Source: Rhynchopus sp. YZ270_cl-10 (lineage: Eukaryota). From it: a stretch of 64,000 nt of DNA. The notes under the pieces were generated by a model. It was not told where the DNA came from. It saw only the letters and a list, made by a program, of their open reading frames with translations, and did no database searches. Where the stretch lies: the NCBI GenBank assembly GCA_964035575.1, contig OZ037847.1:1240001-1304000 (forward strand). The letters are read 5' to 3'. Shown one piece after another: positions 11,902 to 23,546 of this stretch. A program made the translations under genes and the position numbers. Positions within the stretch are counted from its first letter, which is position 1. The number at the start of each line of letters is the position of its first letter.

Positions 11902-13090
11902 ATGTTGACCTCCATTGCTTGCGCTTGCTGCGCCATGCACAGACCTGCGTCAGGAGTCGGGCAAGCGCTGGCATGATATTGACGGCAGCCGCTACAACTG
12001 CAAGTGGTACGCACGTGACAACAACTGCATGCGCTACGGCAGTGACTACAGGAACGAGCACGTCGCGCTTGAGGCCTGCTGTGCCTGTGGTGGTGGCTCT
12101 GGTTCCGACACACTTCCGATCATGGCGAACACAACGAACACCACTGTGCCGTTGCCTCCGTTGCCGCCCACTCCGACAAACAGCACCGATGGCAACTGGA
12201 CTGAGAACAACTCTACCGGTAACTGGACTGGAGACTACTGGACTGGCGACATCTGGACTGACAGCAACTCTACCGGAAACTTGACTGGTAACAACTCCAC
12301 CGGAACGGGAAACTGGACCGGCGACAACTGGACTGAGAACAACTCCACAGGAAACTGGACTGACAACAACTCTACCGGTAACTGGACTGGAGACAACTGG
12401 ACTGGAAACTGGACTGACAACAACTCCACTGGAGCTGGCAACTGGACTGGCGACAACTGGACAGGAAACTGGACTGGTGGTAACTCCACCGGAGCTGGCA
12501 ACTGGACTGGAGACAACTGGACAGGAAACTGGACGGACAACAACTCCACCGGTAACTGGACTGGCGACAACTGGACTGGAAACTGGACTGACAACAACTC
12601 CACCGGAGCGGGCAACTGGACTGGAGACAACTGGACCGGCAACTGGACTGGTGGTAACTCCACCGGAGCTGGCAACTGGACTGGAGACAACTGGACAGGA
12701 AACTGGACGGACAACAACTCCACCGGAGCTGGCAACTGGACTGGAGACAACTGGACCGGCAACTGGACTGGTGGTAACTCCACCGGAGCTGGCAACTGGA
12801 CTGGAGACAACTGGACAGGAAACTGGACGGACAACAACTCCACCGGTAACTGGACTGGCGACAACTGGACTGGAAACTGGACTGACAACAACTCCACCGG
12901 AGCGGGCAACTGGACTGGAGACAACTGGACCGGCAACTGGACTGGTGGTAACTCCACCGGAGCTGGAAACTGGACCGGCAACAACTCTAGCGGAAACTGG
13001 ACTGGAGACAACTCTACTGGAACCGGCAACTGGACTGGCGACAACTCCACCGCAGCTGGAAACTGGACCGGCGACAACTGGACCGTCTAG
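11902..13090 (+). pseudogene. Frameshifted array copy 6
   Basis: Same 5-bp signal-peptide deletion as copy 1 (CCATTGCTTGCG); unit length 2271 = 2276-5. Confidence 0.85.
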
Positions 13091-14172
13091 AAGATATGAG
13101 TATAGAACCCTGGCTCTTCGACACCACAGGAATGCCGAATATTTCTGGTGTTGGTCATTTTCTTTCCCCCCCCCTTTTTTTTTGACTTCAACATTCCATT
13201 CGCATATGTTCTCTTGCAGATGAAACTGTTCATCAGTGCTCGCGAAGTATCGCAGATGGATGCGTTTTGGGAAGAAGGAATACAAGCAGACATAGTGCAA
13301 CGTTCCCTGTGCATTATTCTGTTTCGTTATTCACGATCTTCGAAAGCGTTTCATATTTTGTTCTCCCTCTCAAAGACTTTTTATTAGAACCAAGGTCGGA
13401 TCCCTTGTGTTCACCCGTCTCCCTCCCCTGCCTTTTGTGTTTTATTTTGATGGCATCTTTCATTGTTGGACGTTCTGTCTCATCGCACTTCTGACTGCCT
13501 CTGTGCGGAGATGACGTTCACGATGCCTTTTTCTATTAGAATCGACATTGATCCCACTTTCTTATGTGAGGTGACTAAGCACACAGAGCGGCTTAGATAC
13601 ATCTTACGAACTCATCTTTTGATGTTTCCTTTCGCTTTTATTCATGATCCTTGACTTGTTTTTCTTTCTTTACATCAAGACCCCTTTGTGCTCTTCACGA
13701 CCCTTGAGGGATGTGTGACCAGCTCCACTCATCTCTCGAGGATCTCAGGGATTCTGTTTTGACAATGTGGATACAGTATGAGAGAAAGACCCGTGCCTCT
13801 GCAGCAGGCCTTCTTCTTTGGAGAAGTTTCCTTTATACTGTGTCTGGCATTGTGCAAGAAGGAACCAAGCAAGCACAATAGGTCGTCGACTACCTTTTAA
13901 CCAACCACTCACCCAATTGAATTGGTGGCATCGTTTCATCGTTTTCAACAATAAATGCCAATCTTCTCCCCAGCCCCTTCATTTTGGAGATAATGCATTA
14001 TTACCCAATATCATCCAATACGCTCACAACCGCTTTTTCGTACGAGCAAGTCCTTAAGGTTCGCTGCTTTGTCCTGTTGAGGATTCAAGACTCCTGAAGA
14101 GGTAGATGTGGAGGTACACAACTGCACGTAACGTTCGTACTTCTTCACCTCACAGATAAAACACACACAATA

Positions 14173-15366
14173 ATGTTGACCTCCATTGTCCTGCTTGCGC
14201 TTGCTGCGCCATGCACAGACCTGCGTCAGGAGTCGGGCAAGCGCTGGCATGATATTGACGGCAGCCGCTACAACTGCAAGTGGTACGCACGTGACAACAA
14301 CTGCATGCGCTACGGCAGTGACTACAGGAACGAGCACGTCGCGCTTGAGGCCTGCTGTGCCTGTGGTGGTGGCTCTGGTTCCGACACACTTCCGATCATG
14401 GCGAACACAACGAACACCACTGTGCCGTTGCCTCCGTTGCCGCCCACTCCGACAAACAGCACCGATGGCAACTGGACTGAGAACAACTCTACCGGTAACT
14501 GGACTGGAGACTACTGGACTGGCGACATCTGGACTGACAGCAACTCTACCGGAAACTTGACTGGTAACAACTCCACCGGAACGGGAAACTGGACCGGCGA
14601 CAACTGGACTGAGAACAACTCCACAGGAAACTGGACTGACAACAACTCTACCGGTAACTGGACTGGAGACAACTGGACTGGAAACTGGACTGACAACAAC
14701 TCCACTGGAGCTGGCAACTGGACTGGCGACAACTGGACAGGAAACTGGACTGGTGGTAACTCCACCGGAGCTGGCAACTGGACTGGAGACAACTGGACAG
14801 GAAACTGGACGGACAACAACTCCACCGGTAACTGGACTGGCGACAACTGGACTGGAAACTGGACTGACAACAACTCCACCGGAGCGGGCAACTGGACTGG
14901 AGACAACTGGACCGGCAACTGGACTGGTGGTAACTCCACCGGAGCTGGCAACTGGACTGGAGACAACTGGACAGGAAACTGGACGGACAACAACTCCACC
15001 GGAGCTGGCAACTGGACTGGAGACAACTGGACCGGCAACTGGACTGGTGGTAACTCCACCGGAGCTGGCAACTGGACTGGAGACAACTGGACAGGAAACT
15101 GGACGGACAACAACTCCACCGGTAACTGGACTGGCGACAACTGGACTGGAAACTGGACTGACAACAACTCCACCGGAGCGGGCAACTGGACTGGAGACAA
15201 CTGGACCGGCAACTGGACTGGTGGTAACTCCACCGGAGCTGGAAACTGGACCGGCAACAACTCTAGCGGAAACTGGACTGGAGACAACTCTACTGGAACC
15301 GGCAACTGGACTGGCGACAACTCCACCGCAGCTGGAAACTGGACCGGCGACAACTGGACCGTCTAG
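14173..15366 (+). CDS. Secreted Cys-domain / NWT-repeat glycoprotein, short form (397 aa)
   Basis: Array copy 7. Confidence 0.9.
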   Translation: MLTSIVLLALAAPCTDLRQESGKRWHDIDGSRYNCKWYARDNNCMRYGSDYRNEHVALEACCACGGGSGSDTLPIMANTTNTTVPLPPLPPTPTNSTDGNWTENNSTGNWTGDYWTGDIWTDSNSTGNLTGNNSTGTGNWTGDNWTENNSTGNWTDNNSTGNWTGDNWTGNWTDNNSTGAGNWTGDNWTGNWTGGNSTGAGNWTGDNWTGNWTDNNSTGNWTGDNWTGNWTDNNSTGAGNWTGDNWTGNWTGGNSTGAGNWTGDNWTGNWTDNNSTGAGNWTGDNWTGNWTGGNSTGAGNWTGDNWTGNWTDNNSTGNWTGDNWTGNWTDNNSTGAGNWTGDNWTGNWTGGNSTGAGNWTGNNSSGNWTGDNSTGTGNWTGDNSTAAGNWTGDNWTV

Positions 15367-16448
15367 AAGATATGAGTATAGAACCCTGGCTCTTCGACAC
15401 CACAGGAATGCCGAATATTTCTGGTGTTGGTCATTTTCTTTCCCCCCCCCTTTTTTTTTGACTTCAACATTCCATTCGCATATGTTCTCTTGCAGATGAA
15501 ACTGTTCATCAGTGCTCGCGAAGTATCGCAGATGGATGCGTTTTGGGAAGAAGGAATACAAGCAGACATAGTGCAACGTTCCCTGTGCATTATTCTGTTT
15601 CGTTATTCACGATCTTCGAAAGCGTTTCATATTTTGTTCTCCCTCTCAAAGACTTTTTATTAGAACCAAGGTCGGATCCCTTGTGTTCACCCGTCTCCCT
15701 CCCCTGCCTTTTGTGTTTTATTTTGATGGCATCTTTCATTGTTGGACGTTCTGTCTCATCGCACTTCTGACTGCCTCTGTGCGGAGATGACGTTCACGAT
15801 GCCTTTTTCTATTAGAATCGACATTGATCCCACTTTCTTATGTGAGGTGACTAAGCACACAGAGCGGCTTAGATACATCTTACGAACTCATCTTTTGATG
15901 TTTCCTTTCGCTTTTATTCATGATCCTTGACTTGTTTTTCTTTCTTTACATCAAGACCCCTTTGTGCTCTTCACGACCCTTGAGGGATGTGTGACCAGCT
16001 CCACTCATCTCTCGAGGATCTCAGGGATTCTGTTTTGACAATGTGGATACAGTATGAGAGAAAGACCCGTGCCTCTGCAGCAGGCCTTCTTCTTTGGAGA
16101 AGTTTCCTTTATACTGTGTCTGGCATTGTGCAAGAAGGAACCAAGCAAGCACAATAGGTCGTCGACTACCTTTTAACCAACCACTCACCCAATTGAATTG
16201 GTGGCATCGTTTCATCGTTTTCAACAATAAATGCCAATCTTCTCCCCAGCCCCTTCATTTTGGAGATAATGCATTATTACCCAATATCATCCAATACGCT
16301 CACAACCGCTTTTTCGTACGAGCAAGTCCTTAAGGTTCGCTGCTTTGTCCTGTTGAGGATTCAAGACTCCTGAAGAGGTAGATGTGGAGGTACACAACTG
16401 CACGTAACGTTCGTACTTCTTCACCTCACAGATAAAACACACACAATA

Positions 16449-17816
16449 ATGTTGACCTCCATTGTCCTGCTTGCGCTTGCTGCGCCATGCACAGACCTGC
16501 GTCAGGAGTCGGGCAAGCGCTGGCATGATATTGACGGCAGCCGCTACAACTGCAAGTGGTACGCACGTGACAACAACTGCATGCGCTACGGCAGTGACTA
16601 CAGGAACGAGCACGTCGCGCTTGAGGCCTGCTGTGCCTGTGGTGGTGGCTCTGGTTCCGACACACTTCCGATCATGGCGAACACAACGAACACCACTGTG
16701 CCGTTGCCTCCGTTGCCGCCCACTCCGACAAACAGCACCGATGGCAACTGGACTGAGAACAACTCTACCGGTAACTGGACTGGAGACTACTGGACTGGCG
16801 ACATCTGGACTGACAGCAACTCTACCGGAAACTTGACTGGTAACAACTCCACCGGAACGGGAAACTGGACCGGCGACAACTGGACTGAGAACAACTCCAC
16901 AGGAAACTGGACTGACAACAACTCTACCGGTAACTGGACTGGAGACAACTGGACTGGAAACTGGACTGACAACAACTCCACTGGAGCTGGCAACTGGACT
17001 GGCGACAACTGGACAGGAAACTGGACTGGTGGTAACTCCACCGGAGCTGGCAACTGGACTGGAGACAACTGGACAGGAAACTGGACGGACAACAACTCCA
17101 CCGGTAACTGGACTGGCGACAACTGGACTGGAAACTGGACTGACAACAACTCCACCGGAGCGGGCAACTGGACTGGAGACAACTGGACAGGAAACTGGAC
17201 TGGTGGTAACTCCACCGGAGCTGGCAACTGGACTGGAGACAACTGGACAGGAAACTGGACGGACAACAACTCCACCGGTAACTGGACTGGCGACAACTGG
17301 ACTGGAAACTGGACTGACAACAACTCCACCGGAGCGGGCAACTGGACTGGAGACAACTGGACCGGCAACTGGACTGGTGGTAACTCCACCGGAGCTGGCA
17401 ACTGGACTGGAGACAACTGGACAGGAAACTGGACGGACAACAACTCCACCGGAGCTGGCAACTGGACTGGAGACAACTGGACCGGCAACTGGACTGGTGG
17501 TAACTCCACCGGAGCTGGCAACTGGACTGGAGACAACTGGACAGGAAACTGGACGGACAACAACTCCACCGGTAACTGGACTGGCGACAACTGGACTGGA
17601 AACTGGACTGACAACAACTCCACCGGAGCGGGCAACTGGACTGGAGACAACTGGACCGGCAACTGGACTGGTGGTAACTCCACCGGAGCTGGAAACTGGA
17701 CCGGCAACAACTCTAGCGGAAACTGGACTGGAGACAACTCTACTGGAACCGGCAACTGGACTGGCGACAACTCCACCGCAGCTGGAAACTGGACCGGCGA
17801 CAACTGGACCGTCTAG
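16449..17816 (+). CDS. Secreted Cys-domain / NWT-repeat glycoprotein, long form (455 aa)
   Basis: Array copy 8. Confidence 0.9.
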   Translation: MLTSIVLLALAAPCTDLRQESGKRWHDIDGSRYNCKWYARDNNCMRYGSDYRNEHVALEACCACGGGSGSDTLPIMANTTNTTVPLPPLPPTPTNSTDGNWTENNSTGNWTGDYWTGDIWTDSNSTGNLTGNNSTGTGNWTGDNWTENNSTGNWTDNNSTGNWTGDNWTGNWTDNNSTGAGNWTGDNWTGNWTGGNSTGAGNWTGDNWTGNWTDNNSTGNWTGDNWTGNWTDNNSTGAGNWTGDNWTGNWTGGNSTGAGNWTGDNWTGNWTDNNSTGNWTGDNWTGNWTDNNSTGAGNWTGDNWTGNWTGGNSTGAGNWTGDNWTGNWTDNNSTGAGNWTGDNWTGNWTGGNSTGAGNWTGDNWTGNWTDNNSTGNWTGDNWTGNWTDNNSTGAGNWTGDNWTGNWTGGNSTGAGNWTGNNSSGNWTGDNSTGTGNWTGDNSTAAGNWTGDNWTV

Positions 17817-18898
17817 AAGATATGAGTATAGAACCCTGGCTCTTCGACACCACAGGAATGCCGAATATTTCTGGTGTTGGTCATTTTCTTTCCCCCCCCC
17901 TTTTTTTTTGACTTCAACATTCCATTCGCATATGTTCTCTTGCAGATGAAACTGTTCATCAGTGCTCGCGAAGTATCGCAGATGGATGCGTTTTGGGAAG
18001 AAGGAATACAAGCAGACATAGTGCAACGTTCCCTGTGCATTATTCTGTTTCGTTATTCACGATCTTCGAAAGCGTTTCATATTTTGTTCTCCCTCTCAAA
18101 GACTTTTTATTAGAACCAAGGTCGGATCCCTTGTGTTCACCCGTCTCCCTCCCCTGCCTTTTGTGTTTTATTTTGATGGCATCTTTCATTGTTGGACGTT
18201 CTGTCTCATCGCACTTCTGACTGCCTCTGTGCGGAGATGACGTTCACGATGCCTTTTTCTATTAGAATCGACATTGATCCCACTTTCTTATGTGAGGTGA
18301 CTAAGCACACAGAGCGGCTTAGATACATCTTACGAACTCATCTTTTGATGTTTCCTTTCGCTTTTATTCATGATCCTTGACTTGTTTTTCTTTCTTTACA
18401 TCAAGACCCCTTTGTGCTCTTCACGACCCTTGAGGGATGTGTGACCAGCTCCACTCATCTCTCGAGGATCTCAGGGATTCTGTTTTGACAATGTGGATAC
18501 AGTATGAGAGAAAGACCCGTGCCTCTGCAGCAGGCCTTCTTCTTTGGAGAAGTTTCCTTTATACTGTGTCTGGCATTGTGCAAGAAGGAACCAAGCAAGC
18601 ACAATAGGTCGTCGACTACCTTTTAACCAACCACTCACCCAATTGAATTGGTGGCATCGTTTCATCGTTTTCAACAATAAATGCCAATCTTCTCCCCAGC
18701 CCCTTCATTTTGGAGATAATGCATTATTACCCAATATCATCCAATACGCTCACAACCGCTTTTTCGTACGAGCAAGTCCTTAAGGTTCGCTGCTTTGTCC
18801 TGTTGAGGATTCAAGACTCCTGAAGAGGTAGATGTGGAGGTACACAACTGCACGTAACGTTCGTACTTCTTCACCTCACAGATAAAACACACACAATA

Positions 18899-20092
18899 AT
18901 GTTGACCTCCATTGTCCTGCTTGCGCTTGCTGCGCCATGCACAGACCTGCGTCAGGAGTCGGGCAAGCGCTGGCATGATATTGACGGCAGCCGCTACAAC
19001 TGCAAGTGGTACGCACGTGACAACAACTGCATGCGCTACGGCAGTGACTACAGGAACGAGCACGTCGCGCTTGAGGCCTGCTGTGCCTGTGGTGGTGGCT
19101 CTGGTTCCGACACACTTCCGATCATGGCGAACACAACGAACACCACTGTGCCGTTGCCTCCGTTGCCGCCCACTCCGACAAACAGCACCGATGGCAACTG
19201 GACTGAGAACAACTCTACCGGTAACTGGACTGGAGACTACTGGACTGGCGACATCTGGACTGACAGCAACTCTACCGGAAACTTGACTGGTAACAACTCC
19301 ACCGGAACGGGAAACTGGACCGGCGACAACTGGACTGAGAACAACTCCACAGGAAACTGGACGGACAACAACTCCACCGGTAACTGGACTGGCGACAACT
19401 GGACTGGAAACTGGACTGACAACAACTCCACCGGAGCGGGCAACTGGACTGGAGACAACTGGACAGGAAACTGGACTGGTGGTAACTCCACCGGAGCTGG
19501 CAACTGGACTGGAGACAACTGGACAGGAAACTGGACGGACAACAACTCCACCGGTAACTGGACTGGCGACAACTGGACTGGAAACTGGACTGACAACAAC
19601 TCCACCGGAGCGGGCAACTGGACTGGAGACAACTGGACCGGCAACTGGACTGGTGGTAACTCCACCGGAGCTGGCAACTGGACTGGAGACAACTGGACAG
19701 GAAACTGGACGGACAACAACTCCACCGGAGCTGGCAACTGGACTGGAGACAACTGGACCGGCAACTGGACTGGTGGTAACTCCACCGGAGCTGGCAACTG
19801 GACTGGAGACAACTGGACAGGAAACTGGACGGACAACAACTCCACCGGTAACTGGACTGGCGACAACTGGACTGGAAACTGGACTGACAACAACTCCACC
19901 GGAGCGGGCAACTGGACTGGAGACAACTGGACCGGCAACTGGACTGGTGGTAACTCCACCGGAGCTGGAAACTGGACCGGCAACAACTCTAGCGGAAACT
20001 GGACTGGAGACAACTCTACTGGAACCGGCAACTGGACTGGCGACAACTCCACCGCAGCTGGAAACTGGACCGGCGACAACTGGACCGTCTAG
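18899..20092 (+). CDS. Secreted Cys-domain / NWT-repeat glycoprotein, short form (397 aa; distinct synonymous haplotype)
   Basis: Array copy 9; same protein, but the first repeat block carries ACG/TCC ACC/GCG codons. Confidence 0.9.
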   Translation: MLTSIVLLALAAPCTDLRQESGKRWHDIDGSRYNCKWYARDNNCMRYGSDYRNEHVALEACCACGGGSGSDTLPIMANTTNTTVPLPPLPPTPTNSTDGNWTENNSTGNWTGDYWTGDIWTDSNSTGNLTGNNSTGTGNWTGDNWTENNSTGNWTDNNSTGNWTGDNWTGNWTDNNSTGAGNWTGDNWTGNWTGGNSTGAGNWTGDNWTGNWTDNNSTGNWTGDNWTGNWTDNNSTGAGNWTGDNWTGNWTGGNSTGAGNWTGDNWTGNWTDNNSTGAGNWTGDNWTGNWTGGNSTGAGNWTGDNWTGNWTDNNSTGNWTGDNWTGNWTDNNSTGAGNWTGDNWTGNWTGGNSTGAGNWTGNNSSGNWTGDNSTGTGNWTGDNSTAAGNWTGDNWTV

Positions 20093-21174
20093 AAGATATG
20101 AGTATAGAACCCTGGCTCTTCGACACCACAGGAATGCCGAATATTTCTGGTGTTGGTCATTTTCTTTCCCCCCCCCTTTTTTTTTGACTTCAACATTCCA
20201 TTCGCATATGTTCTCTTGCAGATGAAACTGTTCATCAGTGCTCGCGAAGTATCGCAGATGGATGCGTTTTGGGAAGAAGGAATACAAGCAGACATAGTGC
20301 AACGTTCCCTGTGCATTATTCTGTTTCGTTATTCACGATCTTCGAAAGCGTTTCATATTTTGTTCTCCCTCTCAAAGACTTTTTATTAGAACCAAGGTCG
20401 GATCCCTTGTGTTCACCCGTCTCCCTCCCCTGCCTTTTGTGTTTTATTTTGATGGCATCTTTCATTGTTGGACGTTCTGTCTCATCGCACTTCTGACTGC
20501 CTCTGTGCGGAGATGACGTTCACGATGCCTTTTTCTATTAGAATCGACATTGATCCCACTTTCTTATGTGAGGTGACTAAGCACACAGAGCGGCTTAGAT
20601 ACATCTTACGAACTCATCTTTTGATGTTTCCTTTCGCTTTTATTCATGATCCTTGACTTGTTTTTCTTTCTTTACATCAAGACCCCTTTGTGCTCTTCAC
20701 GACCCTTGAGGGATGTGTGACCAGCTCCACTCATCTCTCGAGGATCTCAGGGATTCTGTTTTGACAATGTGGATACAGTATGAGAGAAAGACCCGTGCCT
20801 CTGCAGCAGGCCTTCTTCTTTGGAGAAGTTTCCTTTATACTGTGTCTGGCATTGTGCAAGAAGGAACCAAGCAAGCACAATAGGTCGTCGACTACCTTTT
20901 AACCAACCACTCACCCAATTGAATTGGTGGCATCGTTTCATCGTTTTCAACAATAAATGCCAATCTTCTCCCCAGCCCCTTCATTTTGGAGATAATGCAT
21001 TATTACCCAATATCATCCAATACGCTCACAACCGCTTTTTCGTACGAGCAAGTCCTTAAGGTTCGCTGCTTTGTCCTGTTGAGGATTCAAGACTCCTGAA
21101 GAGGTAGATGTGGAGGTACACAACTGCACGTAACGTTCGTACTTCTTCACCTCACAGATAAAACACACACAATA

Positions 21175-22368
21175 ATGTTGACCTCCATTGTCCTGCTTGC
21201 GCTTGCTGCGCCATGCACAGACCTGCGTCAGGAGTCGGGCAAGCGCTGGCATGATATTGACGGCAGCCGCTACAACTGCAAGTGGTACGCACGTGACAAC
21301 AACTGCATGCGCTACGGCAGTGACTACAGGAACGAGCACGTCGCGCTTGAGGCCTGCTGTGCCTGTGGTGGTGGCTCTGGTTCCGACACACTTCCGATCA
21401 TGGCGAACACAACGAACACCACTGTGCCGTTGCCTCCGTTGCCGCCCACTCCGACAAACAGCACCGATGGCAACTGGACTGAGAACAACTCTACCGGTAA
21501 CTGGACTGGAGACTACTGGACTGGCGACATCTGGACTGACAGCAACTCTACCGGAAACTTGACTGGTAACAACTCCACCGGAACGGGAAACTGGACCGGC
21601 GACAACTGGACTGAGAACAACTCCACAGGAAACTGGACTGACAACAACTCTACCGGTAACTGGACTGGAGACAACTGGACTGGAAACTGGACTGACAACA
21701 ACTCCACTGGAGCTGGCAACTGGACTGGCGACAACTGGACAGGAAACTGGACTGGTGGTAACTCCACCGGAGCTGGCAACTGGACTGGAGACAACTGGAC
21801 AGGAAACTGGACGGACAACAACTCCACCGGTAACTGGACTGGCGACAACTGGACTGGAAACTGGACTGACAACAACTCCACCGGAGCGGGCAACTGGACT
21901 GGAGACAACTGGACCGGCAACTGGACTGGTGGTAACTCCACCGGAGCTGGCAACTGGACTGGAGACAACTGGACAGGAAACTGGACGGACAACAACTCCA
22001 CCGGAGCTGGCAACTGGACTGGAGACAACTGGACCGGCAACTGGACTGGTGGTAACTCCACCGGAGCTGGCAACTGGACTGGAGACAACTGGACAGGAAA
22101 CTGGACGGACAACAACTCCACCGGTAACTGGACTGGCGACAACTGGACTGGAAACTGGACTGACAACAACTCCACCGGAGCGGGCAACTGGACTGGAGAC
22201 AACTGGACCGGCAACTGGACTGGTGGTAACTCCACCGGAGCTGGAAACTGGACCGGCAACAACTCTAGCGGAAACTGGACTGGAGACAACTCTACTGGAA
22301 CCGGCAACTGGACTGGCGACAACTCCACCGCAGCTGGAAACTGGACCGGCGACAACTGGACCGTCTAG
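21175..22368 (+). CDS. Secreted Cys-domain / NWT-repeat glycoprotein, short form (397 aa)
   Basis: Array copy 10. Confidence 0.9.
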   Translation: MLTSIVLLALAAPCTDLRQESGKRWHDIDGSRYNCKWYARDNNCMRYGSDYRNEHVALEACCACGGGSGSDTLPIMANTTNTTVPLPPLPPTPTNSTDGNWTENNSTGNWTGDYWTGDIWTDSNSTGNLTGNNSTGTGNWTGDNWTENNSTGNWTDNNSTGNWTGDNWTGNWTDNNSTGAGNWTGDNWTGNWTGGNSTGAGNWTGDNWTGNWTDNNSTGNWTGDNWTGNWTDNNSTGAGNWTGDNWTGNWTGGNSTGAGNWTGDNWTGNWTDNNSTGAGNWTGDNWTGNWTGGNSTGAGNWTGDNWTGNWTDNNSTGNWTGDNWTGNWTDNNSTGAGNWTGDNWTGNWTGGNSTGAGNWTGNNSSGNWTGDNSTGTGNWTGDNSTAAGNWTGDNWTV

Positions 22369-23546
22369 AAGATATGAGTATAGAACCCTGGCTCTTCGAC
22401 ACCACAGGAATGCCGAATATTTCTGGTGTTGGTCATTTTCTTTCCCCCCCCCTTTTTTTTTGACTTCAACATTCCATTCGCATATGTTCTCTTGCAGATG
22501 AAACTGTTCATCAGTGCTCGCGAAGTATCGCAGATGGATGCGTTTTGGGAAGAAGGAATACAAGCAGACATAGTGCAACGTTCCCTGTGCATTATTCTGT
22601 TTCGTTATTCACGATCTTCGAAAGCGTTTCATATTTTGTTCTCCCTCTCAAAGACTTTTTATTAGAACCAAGGTCGGATCCCTTGTGTTCACCCGTCTCC
22701 CTCCCCTGCCTTTTGTGTTTTATTTTGATGGCATCTTTCATTGTTGGACGTTCTGTCTCATCGCACTTCTGACTGCCTCTGTGCGGAGATGACGTTCACG
22801 ATGCCTTTTTCTATTAGAATCGACATTGATCCCACTTTCTTATGTGAGGTGACTAAGCACACAGAGCGGCTTAGATACATCTTACGAACTCATCTTTTGA
22901 TGTTTCCTTTCGCTTTTATTCATGATCCTTGACTTGTTTTTCTTTCTTTACATCAAGACCCCTTTGTGCTCTTCACGACCCTTGAGGGATGTGTGACCAG
23001 CTCCACTCATCTCTCGAGGATCTCAGGGATTCTGTTTTGACAATGTGGATACAGTATGAGAGAAAGACCCGTGCCTCTGCAGCAGGCCTTCTTCTTTGGA
23101 GAAGTTTCCTTTATACTGTGTCTGGCATTGTGCAAGAAGGAACCAAACAAGCACAATAGGTCTTCGACTACCTTTTAACCACTCACCCAATTGAATTGGT
23201 GGCATCGTTTCATCGTTTTCAACAGTAAATGTCAATCTTCTCCGCCCTTTCCTTTTTGGAGACATTGCATTCCCACCCACCGAACTCTCAAATTTACGAC
23301 ACATCAACTGAACCGGAAGACTGGAGGACCGAATTTTTCGGCATCTTTTTTCTGCTCCAACAGACCGCACGACGGTGAAGTAAATACCTTGACGTGGTTT
23401 TACTTCACCGTTGGCTTACCGTCGTGCGAAGAATAGTATCTTTCCCCCCTTCCCCCTTCTCTCCGACCCTCTTCTATTGCACTCACGTACAGACACGCAT
23501 CACCGTTTTTCTCTCTTTCTTTCCTTCCGTTTCTTTCACTACATGA

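Larger units (their letters stand above)
1..23270 (+). repeat. Tandem gene array, 10 near-identical units (ATG-to-ATG 2211, 2450, 2276, 2276, 2450, 2271, 2276, 2450, 2276 bp), open at the window start
   Basis: Identical ORF sets recur with ATGs at 239, 2450, 4900, 7176, 9452, 11902, 14173, 16449, 18899, 21175. Spacers look identical until a diverged terminal stretch at ~23140-23270. Confidence 0.98.

Noticed and set aside
216..22578. Long antisense and alternate-frame ORFs over the array (VVSSPV, SPVQLP and TGLETTG repeats)
   Set aside because: Shadows of the stop-free repeat; only the NWT frame has a signal peptide, a Cys domain and third-position variation.
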